Shown: in pieces, positions 10,258 to 18,792 of the stretch
Layout: every line of letters starts with the position of its first letter
Numbering within the stretch: the first letter of the stretch is position 1
Source of the DNA: Lachnospiraceae bacterium
GTDB taxonomy: Bacteria; Bacillota; Clostridia; Lachnospirales; Lachnospiraceae
Direction of reading: 5' to 3'
Length of the DNA: 64,000 nt
NCBI GenBank assembly: GCA_036652735.1
Contig: JAVVVI010000003.1
Coordinates: 42,095-106,094 of the forward strand
Notes under the pieces: model-generated
What the model was told of the DNA's origin: nothing
The model's input: the letters and a program-made list of their open reading frames with translations, nothing else
Database searches by the model: none
Program-made: the position numbers and the translations under genes

Positions 10258-10953
10258 ATGATAAACGAAATTACAAGGTTTTTTTCATCATTTGAGGGGA
10301 TTGCATTTATTCGAATTCTTCTTTCCTTGGTTTGTGGAGGAATAGTGGGTTTTGAAAGAGAAGTAAAGGGTCGGCCGGCAGGGCTAAAGACCTTTTCTTT
10401 GGTTTGCCTTGGTGCAACACTTGCCATGGTAACCAATGAATATATCTATACCTATATTGCGCAGTCTACCGGAGATTCCGCACGAATGGCGGCTCAGGTA
10501 ATCAGTGGAATTGGATTTTTGGGCGCAGGAACGATTATTGTTACCGGAAATAGCCAGGTAAAGGGGCTTACAACGGCAGCAGCATTATGGGTTACAGCAG
10601 CAATTGGTATTGCAATTGGAACGGGATTTTATTTTGGAGGAATCGTTGGCGTCGTTGTAATTTTTATTTCTTCTAAGGTGTTTAATGCGATTGATCAAAT
10701 GATTATGGAAAATTCAGCACAAATGAAATTGCTTATTGAAGGAGAAAGCGAAGAGTTCCTGGTGGAGGTGCTGGATTATATTAACAAAAATGAACTTACA
10801 GTTCAAAGCTTTGAACGAACAAACCGAAACAAGTGGTTTTCAGAAGATGTATGTGTACTTGTTTCATTGGAGTTTGCTAAAAAAAAGAAACACAAAATTA
10901 TAAAAAAGGATATAAAACAGATGAAGGGAATTCGGTCAGTGACTGAAATTTAG
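10258..10953 (+). CDS. MgtC/SapB family membrane protein
   Basis: GGIVGFEREVKGRPAGLKTFSLVCLGATL and ISGIGFLGAGTII motifs. Hydrophobic N-terminal half plus a soluble ACT-like C-terminal domain. Confidence 0.8.
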   Translation: MINEITRFFSSFEGIAFIRILLSLVCGGIVGFEREVKGRPAGLKTFSLVCLGATLAMVTNEYIYTYIAQSTGDSARMAAQVISGIGFLGAGTIIVTGNSQVKGLTTAAALWVTAAIGIAIGTGFYFGGIVGVVVIFISSKVFNAIDQMIMENSAQMKLLIEGESEEFLVEVLDYINKNELTVQSFERTNRNKWFSEDVCVLVSLEFAKKKKHKIIKKDIKQMKGIRSVTEI

Positions 10954-11068
10954 AAAAAAAAGCACCTGTAACCCTTGCTACGTGGGAACTATCAAAATAT
11001 GTCCAAAATTTGGCGTCATATAATCTGTTATAAAAACAAAACTATTGTTATTATCAGCATTATAAGAG

Positions 11069-11416
11069 GTGATGAATATGGACAATATGGATAAAGAAAG
11101 CCAAAAGCATAACGTTGAAATTGGACGCAGGCTACAGGAAATCAGAGAAAATCAAGGGTACAAGCAACGACAGTTTGCAGAATATCTAGGAGTAACCGAA
11201 GAAAATTACAGAAGATATGAGGCAGGAACCGTTCGTTTGACCGTAGATAAATTATATACGTTACATGAAAAAGGAAACGTGGATCCCACTTATTTGATTA
11301 CAGGGAATCGTAATGAAGAATTTGATATTAAAGCAGTTTTGGCAAATGGAACAAGGGAACAGCAGAATGAAACGATTAAAAGAGTTTTCGAATATTTGAC
11401 AAAAACAAACTTTTAA
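11069..11416 (+). CDS. XRE-family helix-turn-helix transcriptional regulator
   Basis: HTH_3-like segment IGRRLQEIRENQGYKQRQFAEYLGVTEENYRRYEAG. The start is ambiguous: GTG 11069, or ATG 11072/11078/11087. SD AAGAGG at 11064-11069 favours 11078. Confidence 0.8.
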   Translation: MMNMDNMDKESQKHNVEIGRRLQEIRENQGYKQRQFAEYLGVTEENYRRYEAGTVRLTVDKLYTLHEKGNVDPTYLITGNRNEEFDIKAVLANGTREQQNETIKRVFEYLTKTNF

Positions 11417-11504
11417 TAAATGAGGCAGTACAAAATATTCAAACTCTATGAGATGCATTTAACTTGCAGATATGCAAGGTAAAAATAAAATGTTGGAGGT
11501 CTTC

Positions 11505-12686
11505 ATGGAGGATATTGAAATTGTGTATGAGAGAGACACCGGATTTGGTACGGAACGAAGTCCGGTGCAGGTGAATGCACAGAGTTATGTTACGAATCTT
11601 TTATATCAGATTGCAATTCAAGAACCATACAAGCTTACGGTGTATGAACTTGCACAGCAGTTAAGCCTGGATTTGGAAATGGTGAAAAAACGTTTAAGTG
11701 CAATGGAACAAATAGGAGAGATTCATTGCAGAGGGGGTAGTTATCGGTTATGCTTTCCTGTTTTTCTAAGGAATGATGTGCAAAAAATTACGGTGCTCTT
11801 GAAAAAAAAGACACCGGAAATAGGAGAAAACATTGTAAAATTACTGGATCAGATTCGACCATTTTGTGAACAGTTGAGTTGCAGACAGGTATTCTCCGAA
11901 AGAAGACTGCTGTATCATATACTTTGTGATGAAGTTTTGCTGGGGTTTGCACATGATTTTTGGGAAAAGACGCCGCTTTTTACCACATCCAGGTATGGGA
12001 GAAAACAAAGAAATCGTCTCTTAGTGGGATATGAACGCAGTAATATACTTGCAGGTCACAGCAACCAGATGATTTGTAAGCAGCAGCACTATAGTGGGAA
12101 AAAGATAACCTATATTAGTTTTGGCGATTCCAATGGCAGAAGAAAAGATATGTGTTCCTTATATGAGCAAAGAAAGGAAGACAGTCACACACTGTATGAG
12201 ATGTGTTCACCAATAGTGGGTGATTTATTAACAAGAAAGACTTGGGAAGAGGTCATGGACCAATGCGATAGTTTATTGGAGCGCATTATTTTTTCAAAGC
12301 AGCCGGTGCTCCTTGAAAAAGACGACGAAGAGATCGTTGAATTTCTGGCGGAACTGGGTTATATTACAAAACCGGCATATGGCAGACCAATATATGTTAA
12401 AGTTCCTGTTTTTTTTCCAGAGGAGGAGCAGCTGATTCAGAAAATAGGGGAAGAGCTATTAATGGGGATCCAAACACAGGTGAACCAGCTGATGGAAGCA
12501 GTATTTTTTCAGATTCCGGAATTAACGGCAATCAGACACAAAGTTCAGGAAAAGCATATTGGATATGAGCTTTGGAGGTTATTGGTTGGAGAAATCAACC
12601 AATATTTAGTAGAGCGGGGAGTTGTTGAAAAGCCTATATTCCGAGATCAGGAAGGAAGATTTCTACAGAGCATTTATTTTAATTAA
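11505..12686 (+). CDS. hypothetical protein with an N-terminal winged-helix-like segment; family not recognised
   Basis: Long uninterrupted ORF with GGAGG at 11495-11499, 5 nt before the ATG at 11505. wHTH-like stretch LTVYELAQQLSLDLEMVKKRLSAMEQIGEI. No catalytic motif recognised. Confidence 0.6.
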   Translation: MEDIEIVYERDTGFGTERSPVQVNAQSYVTNLLYQIAIQEPYKLTVYELAQQLSLDLEMVKKRLSAMEQIGEIHCRGGSYRLCFPVFLRNDVQKITVLLKKKTPEIGENIVKLLDQIRPFCEQLSCRQVFSERRLLYHILCDEVLLGFAHDFWEKTPLFTTSRYGRKQRNRLLVGYERSNILAGHSNQMICKQQHYSGKKITYISFGDSNGRRKDMCSLYEQRKEDSHTLYEMCSPIVGDLLTRKTWEEVMDQCDSLLERIIFSKQPVLLEKDDEEIVEFLAELGYITKPAYGRPIYVKVPVFFPEEEQLIQKIGEELLMGIQTQVNQLMEAVFFQIPELTAIRHKVQEKHIGYELWRLLVGEINQYLVERGVVEKPIFRDQEGRFLQSIYFN

Positions 12687-12691
12687 GTGAT

Positions 12692-12719
12692 AAGAGCAGG
12701 TAATGGAATACCTGCTCTT
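12692..12719 (+). terminator. hairpin / probable terminator
   Basis: Perfect 11-bp stem AAGAGCAGGTA (12692-12702) / TACCTGCTCTT (12709-12719), loop ATGGAA. The following tract AATTAT is only weakly U-rich. Confidence 0.5.
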
Positions 12720-12812
12720 AATTATGGAACAAAATAAAAAATAGGTGTAACTATTTCAGTCTTTTTGCGAATAATAAATAGAAACCTATTTTTAAGTGAA
12801 AGGAAACATGAT

Positions 12813-13367
12813 ATGATGAAGAGAATAATAGTATTAATTTTAACGGGGGCAATGATACTTACCTCATTGACTGCCTGTGGAACGAAGAATCAGGATAACA
12901 ATAAGGAAGGGGTAAAAACGGTAGATCTTGACAAGCTTGTAGCAAGTGTAAAAGAGGCCTATGGAGATGAGTATACTCCGGATATGGTGTATGATGAGGC
13001 AGCACTGGAAGAGATGTTTGGATTGCCAAAAGAATTATATGAGCAGGCAATTGCAGAGGGACCAATGATTAGCAACTCAAGTGATGTGTTTGTTGCAGTA
13101 AAAGCAGCAAAAGAGAAAGCAGAACAAGTTGAAAAAGCGTTGAATGATTACCGTGATTATCTTGTAAATGAATCCATGCAGTATCCAACCAACAAGGTGA
13201 AAGTACAGGCCAGCAAGGTGATTCGCCATGGTGATTATGTGTTTTTTGTTTTACTTGGAGGGATTCCAATGGAAACAGAAGACAAAGGTGAAGAAGCAAT
13301 TTTGACAAAAGCCAAAGAACGGGTTAAAATTGCAGTGGATGTTATAGACGGTTATTTTAAAGAATAA
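12813..13367 (+). CDS. DUF4358-like lipoprotein
   Basis: Signal peptide with lipobox (ILTSLTAC-G). The mature domain resembles DUF4358 (YTPDM...GPMISNSSDVFVAVKA...HGDYVFFVLLG). The ORF-track TTG at 12765 is unlikely. The ATG at 12813 follows AGGAAA. Confidence 0.7.
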   Translation: MMKRIIVLILTGAMILTSLTACGTKNQDNNKEGVKTVDLDKLVASVKEAYGDEYTPDMVYDEAALEEMFGLPKELYEQAIAEGPMISNSSDVFVAVKAAKEKAEQVEKALNDYRDYLVNESMQYPTNKVKVQASKVIRHGDYVFFVLLGGIPMETEDKGEEAILTKAKERVKIAVDVIDGYFKE

Positions 13368-13399
13368 AGCAGGTCCTTATGTGACCTGTGAAGGGGAAC

Positions 13400-13972
13400 A
13401 TGGGAGAGCATATGGAACACAGCCAGGAATGGGAAGACAAGGTGGATTTTGAAAAATTTCTCTCCGGGGAAGCCGGCGGATTTGAACGCCTGGTACTCAG
13501 ATACAAGAATCCATTGATTTTTTTTATAAAGAGATATGTGACTGCTTTTGACTTAGCGGAGGAAATTGCCCAGGATACGTTTGCAGATTTTTATGAATTT
13601 GCCAATCGCTATAATGGAAAAGCCTCCATTAAAACCTATTTGTTTACAATAGGGAAAAATAAGGCAATCACCTATTTAAGAAAAAATGGAAGAATCTCCT
13701 ATTTGGAAGAAGAATATGAGATTCAGGCGGAACTGGATTTGGAGAGAGCCATTGTAGCAGAAGAAGAAAAAACCTATTTAATAAAAGCACTTGGTCGCAT
13801 GAATAAAGACTATAGCCGGGTGCTTTTATTGGTGATATACGAAAATATGTCCTATAAAGAGGTGGCAGCAGTAATGAAAAAAACAATGCCACAGATTAAA
13901 ATATTAGTTCACAGAGCAAAGAAAGCATTGAAAAAGCAGTTAGAAAGTGAAGGATTTGTCTATGAAAAGTGA
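13400..13972 (+). CDS. ECF-type (sigma-70 family) RNA polymerase sigma factor
   Basis: Region 2-like AEEIAQDTFADFY and region 4 HTH MSYKEVAAVMKKTMPQIKILVHRAKKALK. The ATG at 13400 is preceded by AAGGGG. The ORF track starts at GTG 13388. Confidence 0.85.
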   Translation: MGEHMEHSQEWEDKVDFEKFLSGEAGGFERLVLRYKNPLIFFIKRYVTAFDLAEEIAQDTFADFYEFANRYNGKASIKTYLFTIGKNKAITYLRKNGRISYLEEEYEIQAELDLERAIVAEEEKTYLIKALGRMNKDYSRVLLLVIYENMSYKEVAAVMKKTMPQIKILVHRAKKALKKQLESEGFVYEK

Positions 13973-14360
13973 TAGAGACTTTATGGAGGGGGTATACGCA
14001 AGGGCTGCACAGCTTCATGCACAAGCAGAGGCTGAACTTGATAATACAATTATGAAAAAGTTAAAAAGGCGTGGAGCTATGAAAAAAAACAGCTATCGTC
14101 TTGCAGTAACAGTATTGTTGATTTTATGCCTGTTTACAGGTATGAAATTCAATACACTTTCTCCGGATCAGCACAAGATAGATGCTGCTCCAGATGGAAT
14201 AGTCCAGAATAATGAGGCAAAAGATAAGCGGATTCGAAGTATGGAAGAGGTGCCCCGGCTTTCTGTTACTCCTAACATAAAAATCAGGATGCATAGTGCA
14301 GAATACTGGAAAAATGACATAGTAAGACATAGAACAAGAAATCAAAGTATAGATCGATAG
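13962..14360 (+). CDS. putative single-pass anti-sigma factor
   Basis: Overlaps the sigma gene stop by 11 nt. GAAGGA SD at 13949-13954. One TM helix (YRLAVTVLLILCLFTGM) between a short cytoplasmic N-terminus and a small extracytoplasmic tail. The call is based on position and topology only. Confidence 0.5.
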   Translation: MKSDRDFMEGVYARAAQLHAQAEAELDNTIMKKLKRRGAMKKNSYRLAVTVLLILCLFTGMKFNTLSPDQHKIDAAPDGIVQNNEAKDKRIRSMEEVPRLSVTPNIKIRMHSAEYWKNDIVRHRTRNQSIDR

Positions 14361-14369
14361 AGGTGAACA

Positions 14370-15779
14370 ATGGTATTTAGCAGCATTCTTTTTTTATTTC
14401 AGTTTTTACCCGTGGTTCTTATTCTGTATTTTATATGCGGAAAATTAATCCATTCCGTACAGGCAAAAAATATGGTGTTGTTTATAACCAGTTTGTTTTT
14501 TTACGCATGGGGAGAACCCATCTATGTTCTTTTAATGATTTTTTCTACTTTAGTAGACTTTTATCATGGTGGAAAAGTGGAAAAGTACATGGAACAAGGG
14601 AATAAAAACCGTGCAAAGATGCATGTGATGTGGTCGGTAATGATTAATTTAGCATTGCTGGGATTTTTTAAGTACACAGATTTTTTTATTGCAATTATAA
14701 ATCAGGTAACAAAGGCGGATCTTCCACTATTAAATCTGCCACTTCCAATTGGAATCTCATTTTATACATTCCAAACCATGTCTTATACAATTGATATCTA
14801 TAGGGGAGAAGCAAAAGCCCAGAAAAATATGATTTCCTTTGGAACCTATGTGGCTTTATTTCCACAGTTGATTGCAGGTCCCATTGTTCGATATCAGACC
14901 ATAGCAGCTGAACTGGAGAATAGAAAAGTAACCTGGGAAGGTTTGGCATCAGGCGTTAGAATCTTTATAATCGGACTTGGGAAAAAAGTCTTGATTGCCA
15001 ATAACGTGGGGTTATTATGGGACAATGTTAAGACCATGGGGAACAGTCAAATATCGGTACTTACAGCATGGCTGGGAATTCTGGCTTATTTCTTTCAGAT
15101 TTATTTTGATTTTTCCGGGTATAGTGATATGGCAATTGGTTTGGGGCGAATGTTTGGATTCCATTTTCCCGATAATTTTAATTATCCTTATATGTCAAAA
15201 AGCATTACGGAATTTTGGCGAAGATGGCATATTTCATTGGGAACCTGGTTCCGGGAGTATGTGTATATTCCTTTGGGAGGAAATAAAAAAGGACCGGTAA
15301 AACAGGTAAGAAATATTTTAATTGTCTGGATTTTAACCGGAATCTGGCATGGAGCCAATTGGAATTTCCTGCTTTGGGGACTTTATTTTGGAGTATTGCT
15401 ACTGTTGGAAAAATTTGTATGGGGAAAAATGTTAGAGAAAATCCCTGTGTTTTTCAGACATTGTTATGCCATTTTCTGCGTAATAATTGGATGGGTTCTA
15501 TTTGCATTTGATTCACTGAACCAGGGAGTGGAATATTTACAGATTTTATTTGGAAGTGGTGGAGTTGCTGGGATAAATTCAGAATTCCCATATTTACTAA
15601 TGACGAATGTGCTATTATTGCTGATTGCAGCAATTGCATCAACAGATCTGCCTAAGAAATTTGTACGTGGTTTTCATCTGGAAAAATACGAAATTCTATT
15701 TATGGCTGCGGTATTCATTTTATCAGTAGCGTATTTAGTGGATGCCACCTATAATCCATTCTTATATTTTAGATTCTAA
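14370..15779 (+). CDS. MBOAT family O-acyltransferase (AlgI/DltB/PatA-like)
   Basis: Polytopic membrane protein. Signature FWRRWHISLGTWFREYVYIPLGG with the invariant His codon at 15228-15230. Confidence 0.9.
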   Translation: MVFSSILFLFQFLPVVLILYFICGKLIHSVQAKNMVLFITSLFFYAWGEPIYVLLMIFSTLVDFYHGGKVEKYMEQGNKNRAKMHVMWSVMINLALLGFFKYTDFFIAIINQVTKADLPLLNLPLPIGISFYTFQTMSYTIDIYRGEAKAQKNMISFGTYVALFPQLIAGPIVRYQTIAAELENRKVTWEGLASGVRIFIIGLGKKVLIANNVGLLWDNVKTMGNSQISVLTAWLGILAYFFQIYFDFSGYSDMAIGLGRMFGFHFPDNFNYPYMSKSITEFWRRWHISLGTWFREYVYIPLGGNKKGPVKQVRNILIVWILTGIWHGANWNFLLWGLYFGVLLLLEKFVWGKMLEKIPVFFRHCYAIFCVIIGWVLFAFDSLNQGVEYLQILFGSGGVAGINSEFPYLLMTNVLLLLIAAIASTDLPKKFVRGFHLEKYEILFMAAVFILSVAYLVDATYNPFLYFRF

Positions 15780-15803
15780 TGACGGAGGAAAGGAGCACCT
15801 AGA

Positions 15804-16934
15804 ATGAGAAAAAAAGTATTGGTTATTCTCTTTTTTATTGGAATATTTGGATTCAGTCTCACATCACTAATCAAAAAAGATCGAACCTTTTCAGAGAATG
15901 AAAACCGTTATTTGGCAAACTGTCCGAAACCCACCATTGAAACGGTATTTAATGGAAAATTTGAAAAAGAATATGAGACCTATGTGACGGATCAGTTTGT
16001 CCTTCGTGATTCCATGATTGGACTTAAAACATATGCGGATTTGTGTTTGGGAAAAGTAGAGAGCAATGGTGTTTATTTAGGGAAAAAAGGGTATTTAATG
16101 GAAAAATTCGATTATAAAACCTTTGAAACGGAACTTGCTAAGGAAAATGAAGATGCATTATGTGAATTTGTGAAGGATCATGCTGAGTTAGTAAAAGAAG
16201 GACGGCTTCAGGTCCTACTGGTTCCTACAGCGACACAAATTTTACAGGATAAGCTGCCGCCACTTGCAGTGCCATACAATCAGCACCTAATATTAGAACG
16301 GATAAAAGATAAAATACCGGCTGCGTTTGTTCCGGTGGAAGATAGCTTAAAAATGCATGGGAAAGAAGCACTTTTTTATCGGACAGATCATCATTGGACC
16401 ACACTTGGAGCTTATTATGGATATAAGGCATGGGCGAAAAAATCCGGAGTAAAGCCATTGCCCACAACGGCATTTCACAGAAAAGAAGTTACCAAAGAGT
16501 TTTATGGAACGCTGTCTTCTAAAGTGAATATATATCTAAAACCGGATAACATACAACTTTATTATCCAAAGGAACCACGGGAGTACCAACTGGACTATGA
16601 TTTGGGTGTATCCCAGAAAAAGTCTCTGTATGATATGGAGGCATTGAAAAAAAAGGATAAGTATGCTGTGTTTTTAGGTGGTAATTATGGATTGGTGGAT
16701 ATTAAAACCCAGGTAAAGAATGGACGGAAACTAGTCATTATCAAGGATTCTTTTGCACATTCCATGGTACCATTCCTGACGGAGCATTTTGAAGAACTTT
16801 ATATGGTTGATTTAAGATATTACAATGCAAGTATAAAAACCTTTATTAAGGAAAATAAAATCACAGATATTTTGGTACTCTATAATTTGTCTAATTTAGC
16901 AACCGATCGCACAATTAAAAGAATAAACAAATAA
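15804..16934 (+). CDS. DHHW family protein (AlgJ/AlgX/PatB-like extracytoplasmic acyltransferase partner)
   Basis: N-terminal membrane anchor. Eponymous motif RTDHHWTTLGAYYGY (DHHW codons 16386-16397). Confidence 0.85.
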   Translation: MRKKVLVILFFIGIFGFSLTSLIKKDRTFSENENRYLANCPKPTIETVFNGKFEKEYETYVTDQFVLRDSMIGLKTYADLCLGKVESNGVYLGKKGYLMEKFDYKTFETELAKENEDALCEFVKDHAELVKEGRLQVLLVPTATQILQDKLPPLAVPYNQHLILERIKDKIPAAFVPVEDSLKMHGKEALFYRTDHHWTTLGAYYGYKAWAKKSGVKPLPTTAFHRKEVTKEFYGTLSSKVNIYLKPDNIQLYYPKEPREYQLDYDLGVSQKKSLYDMEALKKKDKYAVFLGGNYGLVDIKTQVKNGRKLVIIKDSFAHSMVPFLTEHFEELYMVDLRYYNASIKTFIKENKITDILVLYNLSNLATDRTIKRINK

Positions 16935-17072
16935 TATAGGAGGAAGCTCAAGGATAGTTTCCAGGCGGTTCTTACAGCTGTAAAAAAAGGAACGCTGTCA
17001 GAAAAGCGAATTAACCAATCCCTAAAGCGAATTTTGAAAGTCAAATTTTCAGAAAACTTGACAAGACCGTAA
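16935..17072 (+). pseudogene. start-less relic of a gene 3' end (possibly glycoside hydrolase family 3 / NagZ-like)
   Basis: Directly after the DHHW stop, and in the same frame, 45 sense codons read YRRKLKDSFQAVLTAVKKGTLSEKRINQSLKRILKVKFSENLTRP*. There is no start codon or SD. The xxRIxxSLKRILxxK tail resembles the end of the GH3 catalytic domain. This is a recollection, not a search result. Confidence 0.35.
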
Positions 17073-17086
17073 TTTTAGTGTATGCT
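17058..17086 (+). promoter_or_regulatory. promoter (TTGACA-17 nt-TATGCT) upstream of the DEAD-box helicase
   Basis: TTGACA 17058-17063, 17-nt spacer, TATGCT 17081-17086. Confidence 0.5.
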
Positions 17087-17095
17087 TGTATGGAG

Positions 17096-17160
17096 ATTCA
17101 GAGACGGTAGACCAGCACTCGATGAAAGGGTGCTGGTTTTTTTAAATTCAAGACGGTAGA
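17096..17160 (+). repeat. 15/16-nt direct repeat flanking the leader hairpin
   Basis: ATTCAGAGACGGTAGA (17096-17111) and ATTCAAGACGGTAGA (17146-17160), 50 nt apart, bracket the hairpin at 17111-17143. Confidence 0.8.
17111..17143 (+). terminator. intrinsic terminator-like hairpin in the helicase leader (attenuator, or terminator of the decayed upstream gene)
   Basis: ACCAGCAC (17111-17118) / GTGCTGGT (17130-17137), 11-nt loop, then TTTTTT (17138-17143). Confidence 0.7.
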
Positions 17161-17204
17161 TAGTTTGCAAGGCAGGCTGTTTAGCGTCTAAAGATGAGGT
17201 AAAA

Positions 17205-18692
17205 ATGAAATTAATGAACAATGAAGAAGTAACGATTCATCCCGATATTATCCGCGCAATTGAAGAAATGGGATTTGAGCAGATGACACCAATCCAGGAG
17301 CAGGCAATTCCGGTGCTTCTAAGCGGTAAGGATATTATAGGGCAGGCACAGACAGGAACAGGAAAAACAGCAGCATTTGGCATACCATTAGTTCAGATGG
17401 TAGATCAGGAACAGCAGGGAGTACAGGGACTTATTTTGTGTCCTACAAGAGAACTTGCCATTCAGGCAGCACAGGAAATACGCAAATTTTCTAAATTTAT
17501 GCAGGGAATTAAGGTATTACCTATTTATGGTGGACAGGACATCAGTAATCAGATTCGTTCGTTACGAACAGCGGTATCAATTGTAGTAGGTACGCCGGGA
17601 CGAGTAATGGATCATATGAGAAGAAACACATTGAAGCTAAATAATGTGCGGACGGTGGTGTTGGACGAGGCAGATGAGATGTTGAATATGGGATTTCGCG
17701 AAGATATTGAGACAATATTAGAGAAGATTCCACAGCAGCATCAGACTGCATTATTTTCGGCCACCATGCCAAAAGCAATTTTGGATATTACTAAGAAGTA
17801 TCAGAATGATGCAGTGCTTATTAAAGTTGCAGCAAAAGAGATGACAGTTCCACTGATCAAACAATATTATTATGAGGTCAGCAGACAGAACAAAGAAGAA
17901 GCAATTACACGATTGCTGGATTATTACAACCCACAGCGTACACTTATTTTTTGTAATACCAAGAGAATGGTGGATGAAATCAGTGATAATCTAAAGGGAA
18001 GAGGATATTTTGCCGAAGCACTTCATGGAGACTTGAATCAGACACAGCGAGACAAAGTTATGCACAGCTTTAGAAATGGCGGAGTTAATATTTTAATTGC
18101 CACAGATGTAGCGGCAAGAGGAATCGATGTGGATGATGTGGAAGCGGTTATTAATTTTGATGTTCCGCAGGATATTGAATATTATGTTCATAGAATCGGA
18201 AGAACAGGAAGAGCCGGGAAAAAAGGACGTGCATTTACATTGATTGTTGGAAAAGATGTGTTCAAGATAAGAGACATTGAACATTATTGCAAGACAACCA
18301 TTACAGCACGAACACTTCCATCCGTGGCTGATATTACACAGGTAAAAGCAGAAAAAATTCTGGATAAGGTGTTAGATACATGGAAATCCAATGATTTGGA
18401 TTCTATGACAAAGATGATTGAAAATACGTTGAATGAAGAAGAATGTACGGCCATTGAATTGGCAGCAGCATTTTTAAAGATGCATATGGGTCAGGAATTG
18501 GAAGATATTCCGGAAGAGAAGTATGTAGACAGACAGCGTAACAATCGGAAGCCTTCCGGTAACAAAGGTGCTCCAATGAGAAATAATCGTGATCGGGACA
18601 GATACAAAGGACATCGTGGGAAAGCAGACAGTCAGGCTTTTGCAGCAAAGAAAGATGTACGAAGAAAACGACCAAAGACCATAGAGAGATAG
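17205..18692 (+). CDS. cshA: DEAD-box ATP-dependent RNA helicase (CshA-like) with a basic C-terminal tail
   Basis: Q-motif FEQMTPIQ. AQTGTGKT, PTRELA, VLDEADEM, SAT, HRIGRTGRAG. Arg/Lys-rich C-terminus. Confidence 0.9.
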   Translation: MKLMNNEEVTIHPDIIRAIEEMGFEQMTPIQEQAIPVLLSGKDIIGQAQTGTGKTAAFGIPLVQMVDQEQQGVQGLILCPTRELAIQAAQEIRKFSKFMQGIKVLPIYGGQDISNQIRSLRTAVSIVVGTPGRVMDHMRRNTLKLNNVRTVVLDEADEMLNMGFREDIETILEKIPQQHQTALFSATMPKAILDITKKYQNDAVLIKVAAKEMTVPLIKQYYYEVSRQNKEEAITRLLDYYNPQRTLIFCNTKRMVDEISDNLKGRGYFAEALHGDLNQTQRDKVMHSFRNGGVNILIATDVAARGIDVDDVEAVINFDVPQDIEYYVHRIGRTGRAGKKGRAFTLIVGKDVFKIRDIEHYCKTTITARTLPSVADITQVKAEKILDKVLDTWKSNDLDSMTKMIENTLNEEECTAIELAAAFLKMHMGQELEDIPEEKYVDRQRNNRKPSGNKGAPMRNNRDRDRYKGHRGKADSQAFAAKKDVRRKRPKTIER

Positions 18693-18700
18693 TGTGCAAA

Positions 18701-18738
18701 AGAGAAAGAAAAGGAGTTCCTTTCTTTCTCTTTTTTTT
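18701..18738 (+). terminator. rho-independent terminator after the helicase gene
   Basis: AGAGAAAGAAA (18701-18711) / TTTCTTTCTCT (18721-18731) followed by a T-run to 18738. Confidence 0.75.
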
Positions 18739-18756
18739 GCATTTTTCAGAAAGCTT

Positions 18757-18765
18757 TGGTATAAT
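18757..18765 (+). promoter_or_regulatory. extended -10 element (TGgTATAAT) for the pyrophosphatase gene
   Basis: TG at 18757-18758 and TATAAT at 18760-18765, 28 nt upstream of the ATG at 18793. Confidence 0.45.
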
Positions 18766-18792
18766 GAAAAAAATGTAGACTTGAAAGGTTAA

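Noticed and set aside
14995-15300. 101-aa alternative-frame ORF inside the MBOAT gene (likewise 7452-7634, 35472-35711, 39512-39706, 44608-44880, 46148-46366 and 46658-46867)
   Set aside because: These are same-strand out-of-frame ORFs nested in genes with strong family signatures. They have no SD and no recognisable domains.
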